64,000 nucleotides of DNA, from the IMG/VR virus record IMGVR_UViG_3300027255_000165, one strand, 5' to 3'. This document shows positions 5,252-15,182 of this stretch, in pieces. The translations under genes and the position numbers were made by a program. Below the pieces are notes generated by a model. That model ran no database searches, was not told the origin of the DNA, and was given only the letters and a program-made list of their open reading frames with translations. Numbering within the stretch: position 1 is the stretch's first letter; each line of letters opens with the position of its first letter. This DNA comes from a virus. Its lineage: Duplodnaviria; Caudoviricetes.

Positions 5252-7507
5252 TTAGAATCTGTCGTTGACTACTCTAACGTCAATACCTGACTGAAGGATT
5301 TGCGCTAGCTTCTTGAGTTCGGCCGTTGAAATTGCAGAAGATTCAGATTTATTATTCTCTTTACCTGGAACTTCAGCACCTGTGCCTGGCTTTTTAGGAG
5401 GAGCAGTTTCACCACCACCTGGAAGTAAACCATCGAGGAAGCTTCCTTTCTTGTCTCCTGCTTTTTCTAATAGCTCTGACAAGTGATTCAAGGCTTCAAC
5501 TAGTGAAGATCCCATTTTCTCAATGGCAGTTTCTCCATCGTTCTTTGCAAGATATGCAAGACCTTCATATAACTTTCTGACCTCTGTGACTTTCTTTAGA
5601 TCAAGTGAATTAACACCTTTGGTCCAATCTTGCATTGAATCGGCCATGTCTTCCATTGCATCGGCCATATCTTCGTATGCTTCTGCAGCGGCTTCAATTT
5701 GATCAACCGTCATACTCTTGCCGGCTTCCACAAAAACAGCTGTCATTGCACCGATAATTTGCTTGGTCTTATCAACGGTTCCTTTAACATCAATTTCTTG
5801 CTGAGAAAACGTTTTAATGAACTCTGACAATTTAACCAGCGGATCTGACATCTTTTGAACAATCTCAATACCTTCTTCTACCTTTGAGTTACCAAACCAA
5901 CCCCATGGGTCAGCTGCTTCTGGCATTGCGCCAATCTTACCAAATGTAGATGATAGAGCAACTACGATTTTTTGAGTGTTGCGAGTGACGGCGTCAAAGT
6001 CTTCATCCTTTAGCTGTCTAAATGCAATAGGGTTACCGTTTTTATCCCACTTAGTAGGGAATCTTAGTAACGCCATTTCTTGTACTCCAGTTGCAATACC
6101 GGTTAGTGCTCTACCCATACCCGAAACAGCTGAAATACCTTGTGCAACCACAGATGTATCTGAACCGCTACCGAACATTGCACCGATTAGTCCAGCACCT
6201 CCTCCAGGATATTTCATGCCCACTTTAGCAAATGAGTCGGCTAAAACAGTCGTGACTTTATCAATTTGACCAGGTAGAGTTTCATAATCAATTTGCATCG
6301 ATTGAAACTTTTCGATACCTTTCGAAATCGATATTAGAGCTAAACCTGACATGATCAAGGCCGGCGCAGCGGCATACATTGAAGCAATTGATTTAACAGG
6401 TAATGTAAACGATCGTGCAAGGGATAGAATTGCCCATTCCATGTTTGACATCATTCTACCAGCACCAAACCCTAAGAAACCTTCGGTTACATGGCCTGAA
6501 TCCGCTAACAAATAATCAAACTTTCCAGGTTTCATTACAGCTGCAATGGCTGCAAATCCAGCAGAGACTAATAATAATGCTAAACCCGATATCACCATTG
6601 CTGCCGCGCCAGGAATAATAAGTACTGCAGCGGCTCCGGCAGCTGCCATTAAAACTCCAAGTCCGGTGACAGTTGCTCCGACTTGAGCAATCGTAGTCCA
6701 ACCTTCTGAGGTTGGTGGAACGGCAGTTCTAAAAATCGCAAATGAAGCTGCTAAAATTAAAAGCGGTAGACTCGACAATCCAATCGCGATTGCACCTCGT
6801 TGAATAAGCGGTGATAAAAGACCTGCGATACTAAATACTATTGCGGTTCCTAAAACTAAGACAGCTAGGAAAACTCCCATACTAGCAATGGCTCCATTAC
6901 CAACTCCACCGAACGTAGATTCAATGATTAGATAACTCACTGCCAATCCACCTGAAAGTGTTATAAATGCTAAACCTGCAATAGCTAATCCTGTTGCAAC
7001 CTTTTTGATTGTTCTATCAATGCCCATTGCCTGGATCAAAAAGAATATACTGGCAACTGCTAAGATCATGAAGGCCGCTAATGGTAGGGCCACCATACCT
7101 ATGATTAATAGAGGAAGTGAAAGCGCCAACATTGCTGCAAATTTGAAAATAGCTTTACCTAGTCCTACAACGGCTGATATACCCTTGACGACTGAATTGA
7201 TCTTTTTCTCCATTTGTTCTCCAGACGGAGCGGCATTTATAGAATCAATGATAATTTTAAAAGCCTGTGCAATGCCTTGAGCTGCTGGACCAATTAGCTT
7301 TAATGTAGCTTTATCTAAACCAGTCAGTGGAGATTTATATACAGATGTATTCTTTTCTATTTTTTTCAAGTAACCGATCATTTCTTCAATCTTACCCAAC
7401 AAAGCACCGCCGGGTGAAACAGACTCTGCTGTCACCCTAGTGGCGGTTTCAATGTTTTGAAGACTTTGAGATGAAAGTTTCTCGAATGGAGAACTGAAAA
7501 GTTTCAC
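5252..7507 (-). CDS. tape-measure-like tail protein
   Basis: 751 aa, Ala/Gly-rich helical with hydrophobic segments; follows tube and chaperone genes. Confidence 0.7.
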   Translation of the reverse strand: MKLFSSPFEKLSSQSLQNIETATRVTAESVSPGGALLGKIEEMIGYLKKIEKNTSVYKSPLTGLDKATLKLIGPAAQGIAQAFKIIIDSINAAPSGEQMEKKINSVVKGISAVVGLGKAIFKFAAMLALSLPLLIIGMVALPLAAFMILAVASIFFLIQAMGIDRTIKKVATGLAIAGLAFITLSGGLAVSYLIIESTFGGVGNGAIASMGVFLAVLVLGTAIVFSIAGLLSPLIQRGAIAIGLSSLPLLILAASFAIFRTAVPPTSEGWTTIAQVGATVTGLGVLMAAAGAAAVLIIPGAAAMVISGLALLLVSAGFAAIAAVMKPGKFDYLLADSGHVTEGFLGFGAGRMMSNMEWAILSLARSFTLPVKSIASMYAAAPALIMSGLALISISKGIEKFQSMQIDYETLPGQIDKVTTVLADSFAKVGMKYPGGGAGLIGAMFGSGSDTSVVAQGISAVSGMGRALTGIATGVQEMALLRFPTKWDKNGNPIAFRQLKDEDFDAVTRNTQKIVVALSSTFGKIGAMPEAADPWGWFGNSKVEEGIEIVQKMSDPLVKLSEFIKTFSQQEIDVKGTVDKTKQIIGAMTAVFVEAGKSMTVDQIEAAAEAYEDMADAMEDMADSMQDWTKGVNSLDLKKVTEVRKLYEGLAYLAKNDGETAIEKMGSSLVEALNHLSELLEKAGDKKGSFLDGLLPGGGETAPPKKPGTGAEVPGKENNKSESSAISTAELKKLAQILQSGIDVRVVNDRF

Positions 7508-7544
7508 TTATTTAGCATAGATGTTTTTTACTCTAGTCTATATA

Positions 7545-7868
7545 TTAGAGCTTTGGCATTTTAACTGAAGGCATCTTCATTCCTCCCATGCTACCTGCGT
7601 TAAAGTTACCGTAATTTGGCATCTTTGGCATTTTAGCTTGTGACTTCATTTCAGCAGATTGGTCATCATACTGCTCTTGTTCCTTCTTATTTGATTTATC
7701 TTGCTCTTTTAAGTGGTCTATCAGGTGCTTAACATAATACCAGTACTCATAGTATGGCATCTGTTCAATCTCACTCGGTTGTAGTCGAATGTGATGCGCA
7801 AGATAGAACTTAGTCTTAAAGAAGTTCTCCAGAGAGATCTGAAATAAGGAAAAGAGATTTGATCCCAC
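7545..7868 (-). CDS. gp51-like baseplate/tail assembly chaperone, possibly translated by frameshift
   Basis: SLENFFKTKFYLAHHIRLQPSEIEQMPYYE resembles T4-like gp51 pattern; weak GTG start inside upstream gene. Confidence 0.6.
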   Translation of the reverse strand: MGSNLFSLFQISLENFFKTKFYLAHHIRLQPSEIEQMPYYEYWYYVKHLIDHLKEQDKSNKKEQEQYDDQSAEMKSQAKMPKMPNYGNFNAGSMGGMKMPSVKMPKL

Positions 7869-8742
7869 CGGGAAAGTTCATAGGTACGAGGACCTCCTCA
7901 CCCTCGTGGTCAACTTTCAAATCAGTTTTAACACCGACCTTCATCTTTTCAGCTAATCTATAGATGACCATGTATTTCTTTTCATTCCAACCCTGGAACT
8001 CAATTTCTTTTTCAAAAATAACCTTAGAACCAAATCCTCTCCAATCAGTTGTAATGTATGGAAGAATTTGTAAGAATGATTGATCAAACGTCTTACGCTC
8101 TCTTTGACGAAGTTGAATGAATTTTGTAACCTCTTCCATCACACCGATTGAAGGTGGTCTCATTACAACTTCACCTGCAGATTTAGTTTGAATAACAAAT
8201 GCGCGAGCTTCTTCACTGTAATATGGAGCAATCTCTGAATCAATATCTTCGGTCTGAAGGTACTTAATTGATAATTCTACATCCATGTTTTTACCATCGT
8301 GTTGATGCTTAATCATGATTTTATTCTCTGGTTCAGGAAAAGTAAGATCTCTGATCAAAAGAAGTAAATAGATTCTATCTTCCTCAAGGATGTCCTTATA
8401 TGAAAGAATTCTTGAACCTGATTGAATTCTGACACAACCTTTAATGATTTGATTTAACTTTTCTTCGATATCGAGAATGTTGCTTTCGTCAAGTGTTGAG
8501 AAGTGTCTAATTTCAGCTACTCTCGCAGATCTAATTTTAATTGAAGTATCGACTGGATAAAACATACCCTCAGATGGTACATCTTCGACTTTAACATCAA
8601 CATATCCCAAATGAATGTCTGAATCCAATGTGTCATTGTTAAACCTAGTCATTGACGCTTTGCCAAGACCGTTCTTTTTTACTTCTTCAACGATGCCGTC
8701 TTTCTCGTCAACCATTGATTTGTAATCGTTTTCTTCGCTCAT
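7816..8742 (-). CDS. gp26-like baseplate hub assembly / tail chaperone
   Basis: Position between tube and tape measure; VPSEGMFYP...IKIR..RV.EI pattern. Confidence 0.6.
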   Translation of the reverse strand: MSEENDYKSMVDEKDGIVEEVKKNGLGKASMTRFNNDTLDSDIHLGYVDVKVEDVPSEGMFYPVDTSIKIRSARVAEIRHFSTLDESNILDIEEKLNQIIKGCVRIQSGSRILSYKDILEEDRIYLLLLIRDLTFPEPENKIMIKHQHDGKNMDVELSIKYLQTEDIDSEIAPYYSEEARAFVIQTKSAGEVVMRPPSIGVMEEVTKFIQLRQRERKTFDQSFLQILPYITTDWRGFGSKVIFEKEIEFQGWNEKKYMVIYRLAEKMKVGVKTDLKVDHEGEEVLVPMNFPGGIKSLFLISDLSGELL

Positions 8743-8744
8743 AA

Positions 8745-8969
8745 TTATTTGTTTTTAAGTTGCTTTAACCTGGTTTTGTCAAATGTCTTCTGATCATCTG
8801 ACGTAGATTCGATTTTAAGTCGGATTAATTCTCTAATGAAAGCTGACATTGAAATTGGTCTTGATCCGTTTTCAATTGCGTCATTAAGAATGATTCTGTT
8901 GAGAATTGCCACCTCATCTTCAGACAGAAGAACCTGAAGTTTTTTGGTAAGCTTTGATGTATCGTTCAT
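8745..8969 (-). CDS. ribbon-helix-helix-like small protein
   Basis: KKLQVLLSEDE...SMSAFIRELIR pattern. Confidence 0.5.
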   Translation of the reverse strand: MNDTSKLTKKLQVLLSEDEVAILNRIILNDAIENGSRPISMSAFIRELIRLKIESTSDDQKTFDKTRLKQLKNK

Positions 8970-9005
8970 ACTACCTTGATAAGATATTATCTTTTAAAAA
9001 GTGTC

Positions 9006-9043
9006 AAAAAAGGGAGCAGATCTTATGAACCTGCTCCTCTTTT
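9006..9043 (-). terminator. intrinsic terminator after tail tube gene
   Basis: GGAGCAG/CTGCTCC stem with flanking A/T tracts. Confidence 0.7.
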
Positions 9044-9049
9044 ATAAAA

Positions 9050-9604
9050 TTATGCAAGTTGTTCTTTCCAAGAATCAACTCTCCAAGTAACCTCTAGGGT
9101 TTGAGGAGCTGCGTCTGAATAGTCACCACCCTCTAGGAATGGAAGACCTGATGAAATGAACGCATCTTCTAGAGTAACTGTTCTAAAGATGTCACCTGCT
9201 CTGTTAAATTGTGTTACGATGATAGTACCAACGTAATCTTTCTTTAGGCCAAAAGCACCGGTATTTGGATTGTAAATCAAATTATACCATTGTTTTAGCG
9301 TCTTGTATACGTATGCTTCGTTAGCTTCGTTCAAGTTAAGTTCGAAAGCGATTGCAACGTCTAGTGCAGTTGAATCTGGTTGAGATGCAAATGAACGTGT
9401 TACAAACTTAAACTTCTGCTCCTGAGTACCAATCTCTTTGTTGATTGCTAGACCAGAAATTGACTTAACTTGCTGAAGAAGCATGTTAGCACCTTGTACA
9501 CCTGCAGGTGGGATAATTGTTACTTCGAACAGTGACTGTTGTACTGGTTCAAAGTTTCTACCCTTTCTGCTGGTCTGATCGTTTGAATAGTGTGGTAAAG
9601 GCAT
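9050..9604 (-). CDS. gp19: tail tube protein (gp19-like)
   Basis: Follows sheath; FEVTI...TLKQWY...IIVTQFNR.G...LEVTW..D pattern. Confidence 0.85.
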   Translation of the reverse strand: MPLPHYSNDQTSRKGRNFEPVQQSLFEVTIIPPAGVQGANMLLQQVKSISGLAINKEIGTQEQKFKFVTRSFASQPDSTALDVAIAFELNLNEANEAYVYKTLKQWYNLIYNPNTGAFGLKKDYVGTIIVTQFNRAGDIFRTVTLEDAFISSGLPFLEGGDYSDAAPQTLEVTWRVDSWKEQLA

Positions 9605-9623
9605 TTTCTTCTTAAGCTTTTTT

Positions 9624-9631
9624 TATATATC
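9624..9631 (-). promoter_or_regulatory. late promoter GATATATA (tube)
   Basis: Octamer recurring upstream of structural genes. Confidence 0.7.
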
Positions 9632-9634
9632 TAA

Positions 9635-11929
9635 TTAGCTGAAGTTACCAGTTGAGATTTCTCCAGTGTTTAGGATCGTAGTTCTGTGAACAACAATCTC
9701 TAGACCTTTAACTGGTTCAACATAAGTATCGACGATACCCATATTTGCATCAATCACATCATTGGTATTGTTTGTAGTGTCCATTACGTTTTTGTAATCG
9801 TAAACACCAAAGTCAGCTTTAACTGATTCCATAAATGAGTCAGCTAGAGTTTTAATTTCAAGTCTTGTTTGAGCAGTGTTGAACTCAAATACGTAATCCT
9901 TAAGAATGTTGGCAATACCTTCCTGTATGAAGATCAACACCTCCCTTACGTGAGCCGATGACAGCGCTGATTGAACAGACTGCTGTGCAGTCTTGTTACC
10001 GAGAATTGTTAGACCAACGCCTCTTTGGAAGACGATTGGGTTGTAACCGAATGGCTCAAGAACATCTCTGTCCGCCTTGTCGAATGCGTATTCTGCGCCT
10101 GATACACCAGAACCAGAAACTACACCTCTTCTTGGACCAGCAACGATTGCCCATGGTAGAGAATCAGTGTACTTGTCAATGAAGTTGTTAGAAACGTAAG
10201 ATGCTGGAGGAACGATTAGATCTTTATTGTTCTCTCTAACAACTAGACCTGGACCGTAGTAGAATGCAAAGTTAGCACCTTCGTTGATTGAAGGTAGAGA
10301 ATACAATGAAGTTGGGTTCTTGTCTAGGTTACCGCCATTCGCAACGTAATTTACATTGAATGCACCATTATCATCGATGAAAGATGGGTTTGTAGATGCT
10401 TTGAATTCAAAGATCATTGGCGCGTTTAGGATGGCAGAAGCATTCTGTCTAGTCTTAGCTAGGTTTGAAAGCTGTGACTTATTTAGAATACCGTTCGCAG
10501 ATTCATAAGAACCAAATGTATCAACAATGTATCTGTACGTGATGTTATCTTTGTCTGCTAGAGTGTTACCTAGGTTTGTACCAGTGTTTACTGCGTCTAG
10601 GCAATCTAGGATAGACTGTGTACCAATCTTCGCTCCATCTAGAACGAATGGGTAATAGACAGCAGTTGCTTCTTCGTATGAAGAATAAGCTCCTGCAAAT
10701 ACTGCAGCTGGTGTCGTATGTACGTAAACTGTGTAAGTTGTAATTGGATCTGCCGGAGGTGCTGGTGCTGTAGTAGCTGGAATAACGTTTTTAATGATTC
10801 TAGTTACCTTAGCAAGTCTATTGGTAGCGTCAGCATGAATGTAGTGACCAACCTTTAGATCAAACGTTGGTGGAGTAAGTATACCCTGGTATGTGAATGT
10901 TGCGGTGTTTGAACCAGCAGCATATACCCATGCAGCATCAATCATAACATCTCTATCACCTGTAGTTAAAGAATACGATAGAGCGTCTAGAGAATCACCA
11001 GTGTGACCGATTAAATCAACTGCAGTACCGTTTGCTTCGTCAAGAACTGCATCTTCTAGAACAGCGCAGAACAAACCTGTTCTTCTTGCTTCAGAATTGA
11101 TCATTGTCTCAACGTACATTTGGTTGCCTTCTAGATCTGTGAAACCTGGAAGAATAGAACCAGTGTATTGTGCAATTAGAGATACTTGTCTTAGGTTAGC
11201 AAATTCAGCAAGCTTAGTCTTATCTAGACCATCAGCTGTAAAGAATTCGCCATAAATAGGATCTGTGTCCATTACAAGTGCATCAAAGCCTCCTTTGAAT
11301 ACGAATACGTCAACCATGAAGTCTGACATATAATCAAAGTCATTTAGGTATGCAGGAACGTTACCTTCTCCGTACCACTCTCTTGCAGTGATATTGAAAG
11401 GTTTAACGTCTTGTGCTTGTCTAACAATAACAGTGATAGGATCTTGCTTAATGTTAGCAAATCTTAGAACGTTACCTTTAATAGCATTACCGACTACATT
11501 GTTAACTGCGTCGTCAGAAGGAGTCCAGAATTTTTCAATGTTGAAAAACTTTGAGTACTCATTTTCATTCTCAATTGCAGTTGAAAGTGCATCTGAAGCA
11601 TCAGTTACAGGTGCTGCATAAGAAATTTTGTCATTGCTATCAAATTTAGCTAGGTTAAGAGCTAGGATAGGACCTCTTGTTAGAGCTGTAAGAGCTGATC
11701 TGTGGAAGAACATGCCTTTTTTCTCCAAGTTGCGATCAATGCTACCAAAAACATTGATGAACTGTTCAACTGAGTCGATCAAAACAGGAGAATTGTATGG
11801 TCCTTTCTTAGAGTGACCAACAATCAATCTGATTGTTTCGGCTGGAATGTTGACAGTCTGCGACTTATCGAATTCAAGTCTGTATACACCAGAGCTCTTG
11901 AATTGTAGAAGTTGTGGACTTAGTGCCAT
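9635..11929 (-). CDS. gp18: tail sheath protein (gp18-like)
   Basis: SSGVYRLEFD N-terminus; AGPRRG, NPIV...GNKT, SSAHVRE C-terminal sheath motifs. Confidence 0.93.
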   Translation of the reverse strand: MALSPQLLQFKSSGVYRLEFDKSQTVNIPAETIRLIVGHSKKGPYNSPVLIDSVEQFINVFGSIDRNLEKKGMFFHRSALTALTRGPILALNLAKFDSNDKISYAAPVTDASDALSTAIENENEYSKFFNIEKFWTPSDDAVNNVVGNAIKGNVLRFANIKQDPITVIVRQAQDVKPFNITAREWYGEGNVPAYLNDFDYMSDFMVDVFVFKGGFDALVMDTDPIYGEFFTADGLDKTKLAEFANLRQVSLIAQYTGSILPGFTDLEGNQMYVETMINSEARRTGLFCAVLEDAVLDEANGTAVDLIGHTGDSLDALSYSLTTGDRDVMIDAAWVYAAGSNTATFTYQGILTPPTFDLKVGHYIHADATNRLAKVTRIIKNVIPATTAPAPPADPITTYTVYVHTTPAAVFAGAYSSYEEATAVYYPFVLDGAKIGTQSILDCLDAVNTGTNLGNTLADKDNITYRYIVDTFGSYESANGILNKSQLSNLAKTRQNASAILNAPMIFEFKASTNPSFIDDNGAFNVNYVANGGNLDKNPTSLYSLPSINEGANFAFYYGPGLVVRENNKDLIVPPASYVSNNFIDKYTDSLPWAIVAGPRRGVVSGSGVSGAEYAFDKADRDVLEPFGYNPIVFQRGVGLTILGNKTAQQSVQSALSSAHVREVLIFIQEGIANILKDYVFEFNTAQTRLEIKTLADSFMESVKADFGVYDYKNVMDTTNNTNDVIDANMGIVDTYVEPVKGLEIVVHRTTILNTGEISTGNFS

Positions 11930-11960
11930 AATTTTATATTGGACTTTTTTTTGCTTTAAC

Positions 11961-11968
11961 TATATATC
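11961..11968 (-). promoter_or_regulatory. late promoter GATATATA (sheath)
   Basis: Recurring octamer. Confidence 0.7.
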
Positions 11969-11988
11969 AAGGAAACTACGACAATTTA

Positions 11989-13818
11989 TCAATTCAACAG
12001 ATCATAAATGTCATATTGTAGATCTCCGTCAGTGTTTTGATCTTTATAAAGAATTTTCTCCATGTAGTTGTGAAGTTCTTCATCAATGTGATCAAGAACC
12101 TCTTCAATGAAGTCAGCGTAATCAACTGTTAAGAAGAATTCAGTGATCGTGACACACGTCATTAGAGTATCGTCATTACCATGTTGAGCACCATAAGAAC
12201 CATTTACAAGAGTACCGAACATTGATGCTTCTGTTACTGTTTGATGTTCAGTGAAATCAATTCTATTACCCTCAACTAGCTTTTTAAGGTTCTGACACAT
12301 CACAGGTTTATTGTCGGATTTGACTCTAATGCCTGGTTTCAAAACCCTTGCATCGTGGCGGTGTCTGAATCTAACAATCATCTCTTCATCAAACTCGTTT
12401 CTCTGTGGGAATAGAGTTGTCAAATACTTAATTAGAATAGAACCATAGGTATTGTATTCAATGATCAATTTAACGTTCTCAGGCTCAAAGATTTCAACTG
12501 ATAGGGTATAAAGTACTTTAGCAAAGTCTTCAATTACGTGCTCATTAGACCTAAATAGACCAATCTGCTTTAACGTGAAGAAATCGTACATTGCCCCTGG
12601 GTTTTGAACGTACTTCATTTGCTTCTTTTTCATTGGCACTATCTCGAATAGGTTGATTACAGAATAGTCGCCACCGTTACCTTCGGCAATGTCAACTGAG
12701 AACACATAATATCTACCTTCTTCCTTTGCGTATTCAACATCAAAATCCGGAGCAAACCCAAGGTATCCCTTCAAATCCATGTGAATGTTTTCAAACTCTT
12801 CAAGATCTTCGTATTCGTATTTAGCCATTCCCTTGCGAAGTTTCTTCATCGTTACGGGGTCAAATAGTAGGTTTGATGATGATACGAATTCATTACCGTA
12901 TTGGCGGTTAAAGGCTTCTTCAGAGCCCAGGTTACCTAATTCACGTTCATACCATTCATCGTCTCTGTCGGGGTGTTGCCACCAGTCAATACGAGTGGCT
13001 TTATAGGCATTTAGCCCCTTCTCTGCAGCTGAATAGATTTCATAGAACTTATTGAAACCGTTAGGTGTAGAAGTGATGATGATACGTGATACCTTTGACG
13101 CCGACAGGGTAGGATATACGTTTTCATAGAACGTATCTACAATTGAACCGTGAATGTGTGCAAACTCGTCCAAGAATAGAGTGTGAATCGTAAAACCGAT
13201 ACCTGCTTTAGCAGTGGTAGATTGACCTACAAGACGACAACCGTTATCAGCTTTAACGTTCATAACGTCATACTTAATAATGCCCGGTTTCATAAAGAAG
13301 GGTAGGTTCTCAATTACGGTTTTGGCCTTATCGATAATTTCTTTAGTTGTATCTGACTTGTTCGCAAGAAGTAGAGTGTTCTTGTCAACTTGGAAAGTTA
13401 GGTACCATGCGTTAAAGATTGAAGCTGTAACGGTTTTACCCATTTGGCGAGAAGCTAGAACTACATTAAATCTTTCATTTTGAAAGTTACGTAACATGTC
13501 CTTTTGATAGTCTCTAAGCTTAACTTTACGAATACCTTCGTCAGTCATAACCACTGCATACTTTTCAGCAAAGTATACAATATCACTTGCACATTTTGCA
13601 AGTTCTTGAATTTCTTCGTCAGTGTATTCAAATACAATGTTACCCTTTCGTAGAAATTGTTTACCCTCATAGAAGGGCAAAGAAATCTTTGGACGATAAC
13701 CCTGGTCCATCGCAACTACTAGATCAGATACCTTTTTAGATGACCATACTAGTTTTGCTGCGGTGGAATCATCGTTATCCTTTGGGATCCAAACGTTATC
13801 TCCTACGTAATCGCTCAT
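11989..13818 (-). CDS. gp17: terminase large subunit
   Basis: LRDYQ, Walker A ASRQMGKT, Walker B LFLDEFA, ITSTPNG, nuclease VDIAEG and DDTLM. Confidence 0.96.
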   Translation of the reverse strand: MSDYVGDNVWIPKDNDDSTAAKLVWSSKKVSDLVVAMDQGYRPKISLPFYEGKQFLRKGNIVFEYTDEEIQELAKCASDIVYFAEKYAVVMTDEGIRKVKLRDYQKDMLRNFQNERFNVVLASRQMGKTVTASIFNAWYLTFQVDKNTLLLANKSDTTKEIIDKAKTVIENLPFFMKPGIIKYDVMNVKADNGCRLVGQSTTAKAGIGFTIHTLFLDEFAHIHGSIVDTFYENVYPTLSASKVSRIIITSTPNGFNKFYEIYSAAEKGLNAYKATRIDWWQHPDRDDEWYERELGNLGSEEAFNRQYGNEFVSSSNLLFDPVTMKKLRKGMAKYEYEDLEEFENIHMDLKGYLGFAPDFDVEYAKEEGRYYVFSVDIAEGNGGDYSVINLFEIVPMKKKQMKYVQNPGAMYDFFTLKQIGLFRSNEHVIEDFAKVLYTLSVEIFEPENVKLIIEYNTYGSILIKYLTTLFPQRNEFDEEMIVRFRHRHDARVLKPGIRVKSDNKPVMCQNLKKLVEGNRIDFTEHQTVTEASMFGTLVNGSYGAQHGNDDTLMTCVTITEFFLTVDYADFIEEVLDHIDEELHNYMEKILYKDQNTDGDLQYDIYDLLN

Positions 13819-14468
13819 TCTTCAGTGTTATCTGTTGTATCTTCTTCAATTTCAGCGTCTTCGACGTTACCTGCGATTGAAGCCTGAATCTTTGACATCA
13901 GATCTTTGGTTCCACGCTGAACGTTAGATGAACCCTTTTCATTGTTAAAGTCCTCAGAGATTTGACGATTTGTCTTTTCCTGATATAATTCAGAATCTCT
14001 AGCGATACGCTTCATTGATTCTTCAGTTGCCATCAAATACATCGTTTGTGATTTGATGATGTCCAACATTGACTTTTGTAGGGTTGCAAGAACCTCGAAC
14101 ATCCTAGGAGCCATGTCGCCATCCTCGATGGTCTCTAATAAACGAGTTAGTGCTCTTTCACCCGCTTGGAGTTGATACACTAGAGATGACATCGTCATCT
14201 CGTCCATCTTTCTCTTGGCTTTAACGTATTCATTATGTTCAATGATGTCGGAATCTAGATAGAACCTCATCAAGGCATCAATGGTCTTTTTAGCCTGTTT
14301 ATCTGCACCAGTTTTAACCTCTAAGAAGTTAAATGTTGGTCTATGGTGTGCTGGAAGCTGTGGATCTACGTCAATGATTCCTTCAAGGGATTCATTGTCT
14401 CCGATCAAACTATCCAATTCATTTCTAATCTCGTCCGCTTGGGAACGAAGAGTTTTCTTATCCGACAT
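13815..14468 (-). CDS. gp16: probable terminase small subunit
   Basis: Directly upstream of and overlapping TerL; PRMFEVLATL resembles the gp16 motif. Confidence 0.6.
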   Translation of the reverse strand: MSDKKTLRSQADEIRNELDSLIGDNESLEGIIDVDPQLPAHHRPTFNFLEVKTGADKQAKKTIDALMRFYLDSDIIEHNEYVKAKRKMDEMTMSSLVYQLQAGERALTRLLETIEDGDMAPRMFEVLATLQKSMLDIIKSQTMYLMATEESMKRIARDSELYQEKTNRQISEDFNNEKGSSNVQRGTKDLMSKIQASIAGNVEDAEIEEDTTDNTEE

Positions 14469-14492
14469 AATGGTAATAAGTTATTCTGGTAG

Positions 14493-14500
14493 TATATATC
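14493..14500 (-). promoter_or_regulatory. late promoter GATATATA (terminase)
   Basis: Recurring octamer. Confidence 0.65.
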
Positions 14501-15182
14501 AGAACTTCGGAATACCGCCGATCTTTTCGGCTCTGAATCTCCAGTGGTTGATCACCTCTTCTCTGGTTTCAGGGGTTAGGTAATCCTGTGTGTCTAAGTA
14601 TTGATTGACAGTATCAATCATTGACATCTTTCTTTTCTTGGCTTCGTATCTTAAACCTTGAAGATTTGCATCAACCTCCTTTGGTAGCAATAGATACATG
14701 TGTTGTGGTAGAATTCCAGACTTAATTAACAGTCTCATCTGTTGATCGTCTTCATTCGGTTTACCACCCCTATAATTGCCAATGTTTGGACCGTCTTGTG
14801 TGATGTGTTCAATTTCATGTCTAATAACATCTGCAAGGTGCATATAAATTTCAGACCAATACCCTGGTAACCACTTTGGGTTAACGTCAAAGTCAATAAT
14901 GATGTAAGGTGTTTGATCTTCGTCATCGTCATCGATGTCTCGACCGTCTGCTCCGGTTGTATTGTGAATGTCAAATCCCTTTGACTTGAAATGAATGTTT
15001 GCGTCAAAATCAAACTCCAATCCTGGAAGTTCTATTTGCTGATAGAAGCTACCTTGACTTTTACCAGATTTATGGTCAGTGACCCACTTCTTAAAACAAT
15101 CTTTTAGAAGTTGACTTGCAACTCCGTCAAGTTTAGCTCCCTTTTCATATAGGGCTTGAAATTCAGAGTATCGTATGATCAT
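14499..15182 (-). CDS. HExxH metallopeptidase-like protein with capsid-targeting-like N-terminus
   Basis: RHEIEHITQ plus downstream KEVDA; N-terminal MIIRYSEFQALYE. Confidence 0.55.
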   Translation of the reverse strand: MIIRYSEFQALYEKGAKLDGVASQLLKDCFKKWVTDHKSGKSQGSFYQQIELPGLEFDFDANIHFKSKGFDIHNTTGADGRDIDDDDEDQTPYIIIDFDVNPKWLPGYWSEIYMHLADVIRHEIEHITQDGPNIGNYRGGKPNEDDQQMRLLIKSGILPQHMYLLLPKEVDANLQGLRYEAKKRKMSMIDTVNQYLDTQDYLTPETREEVINHWRFRAEKIGGIPKF

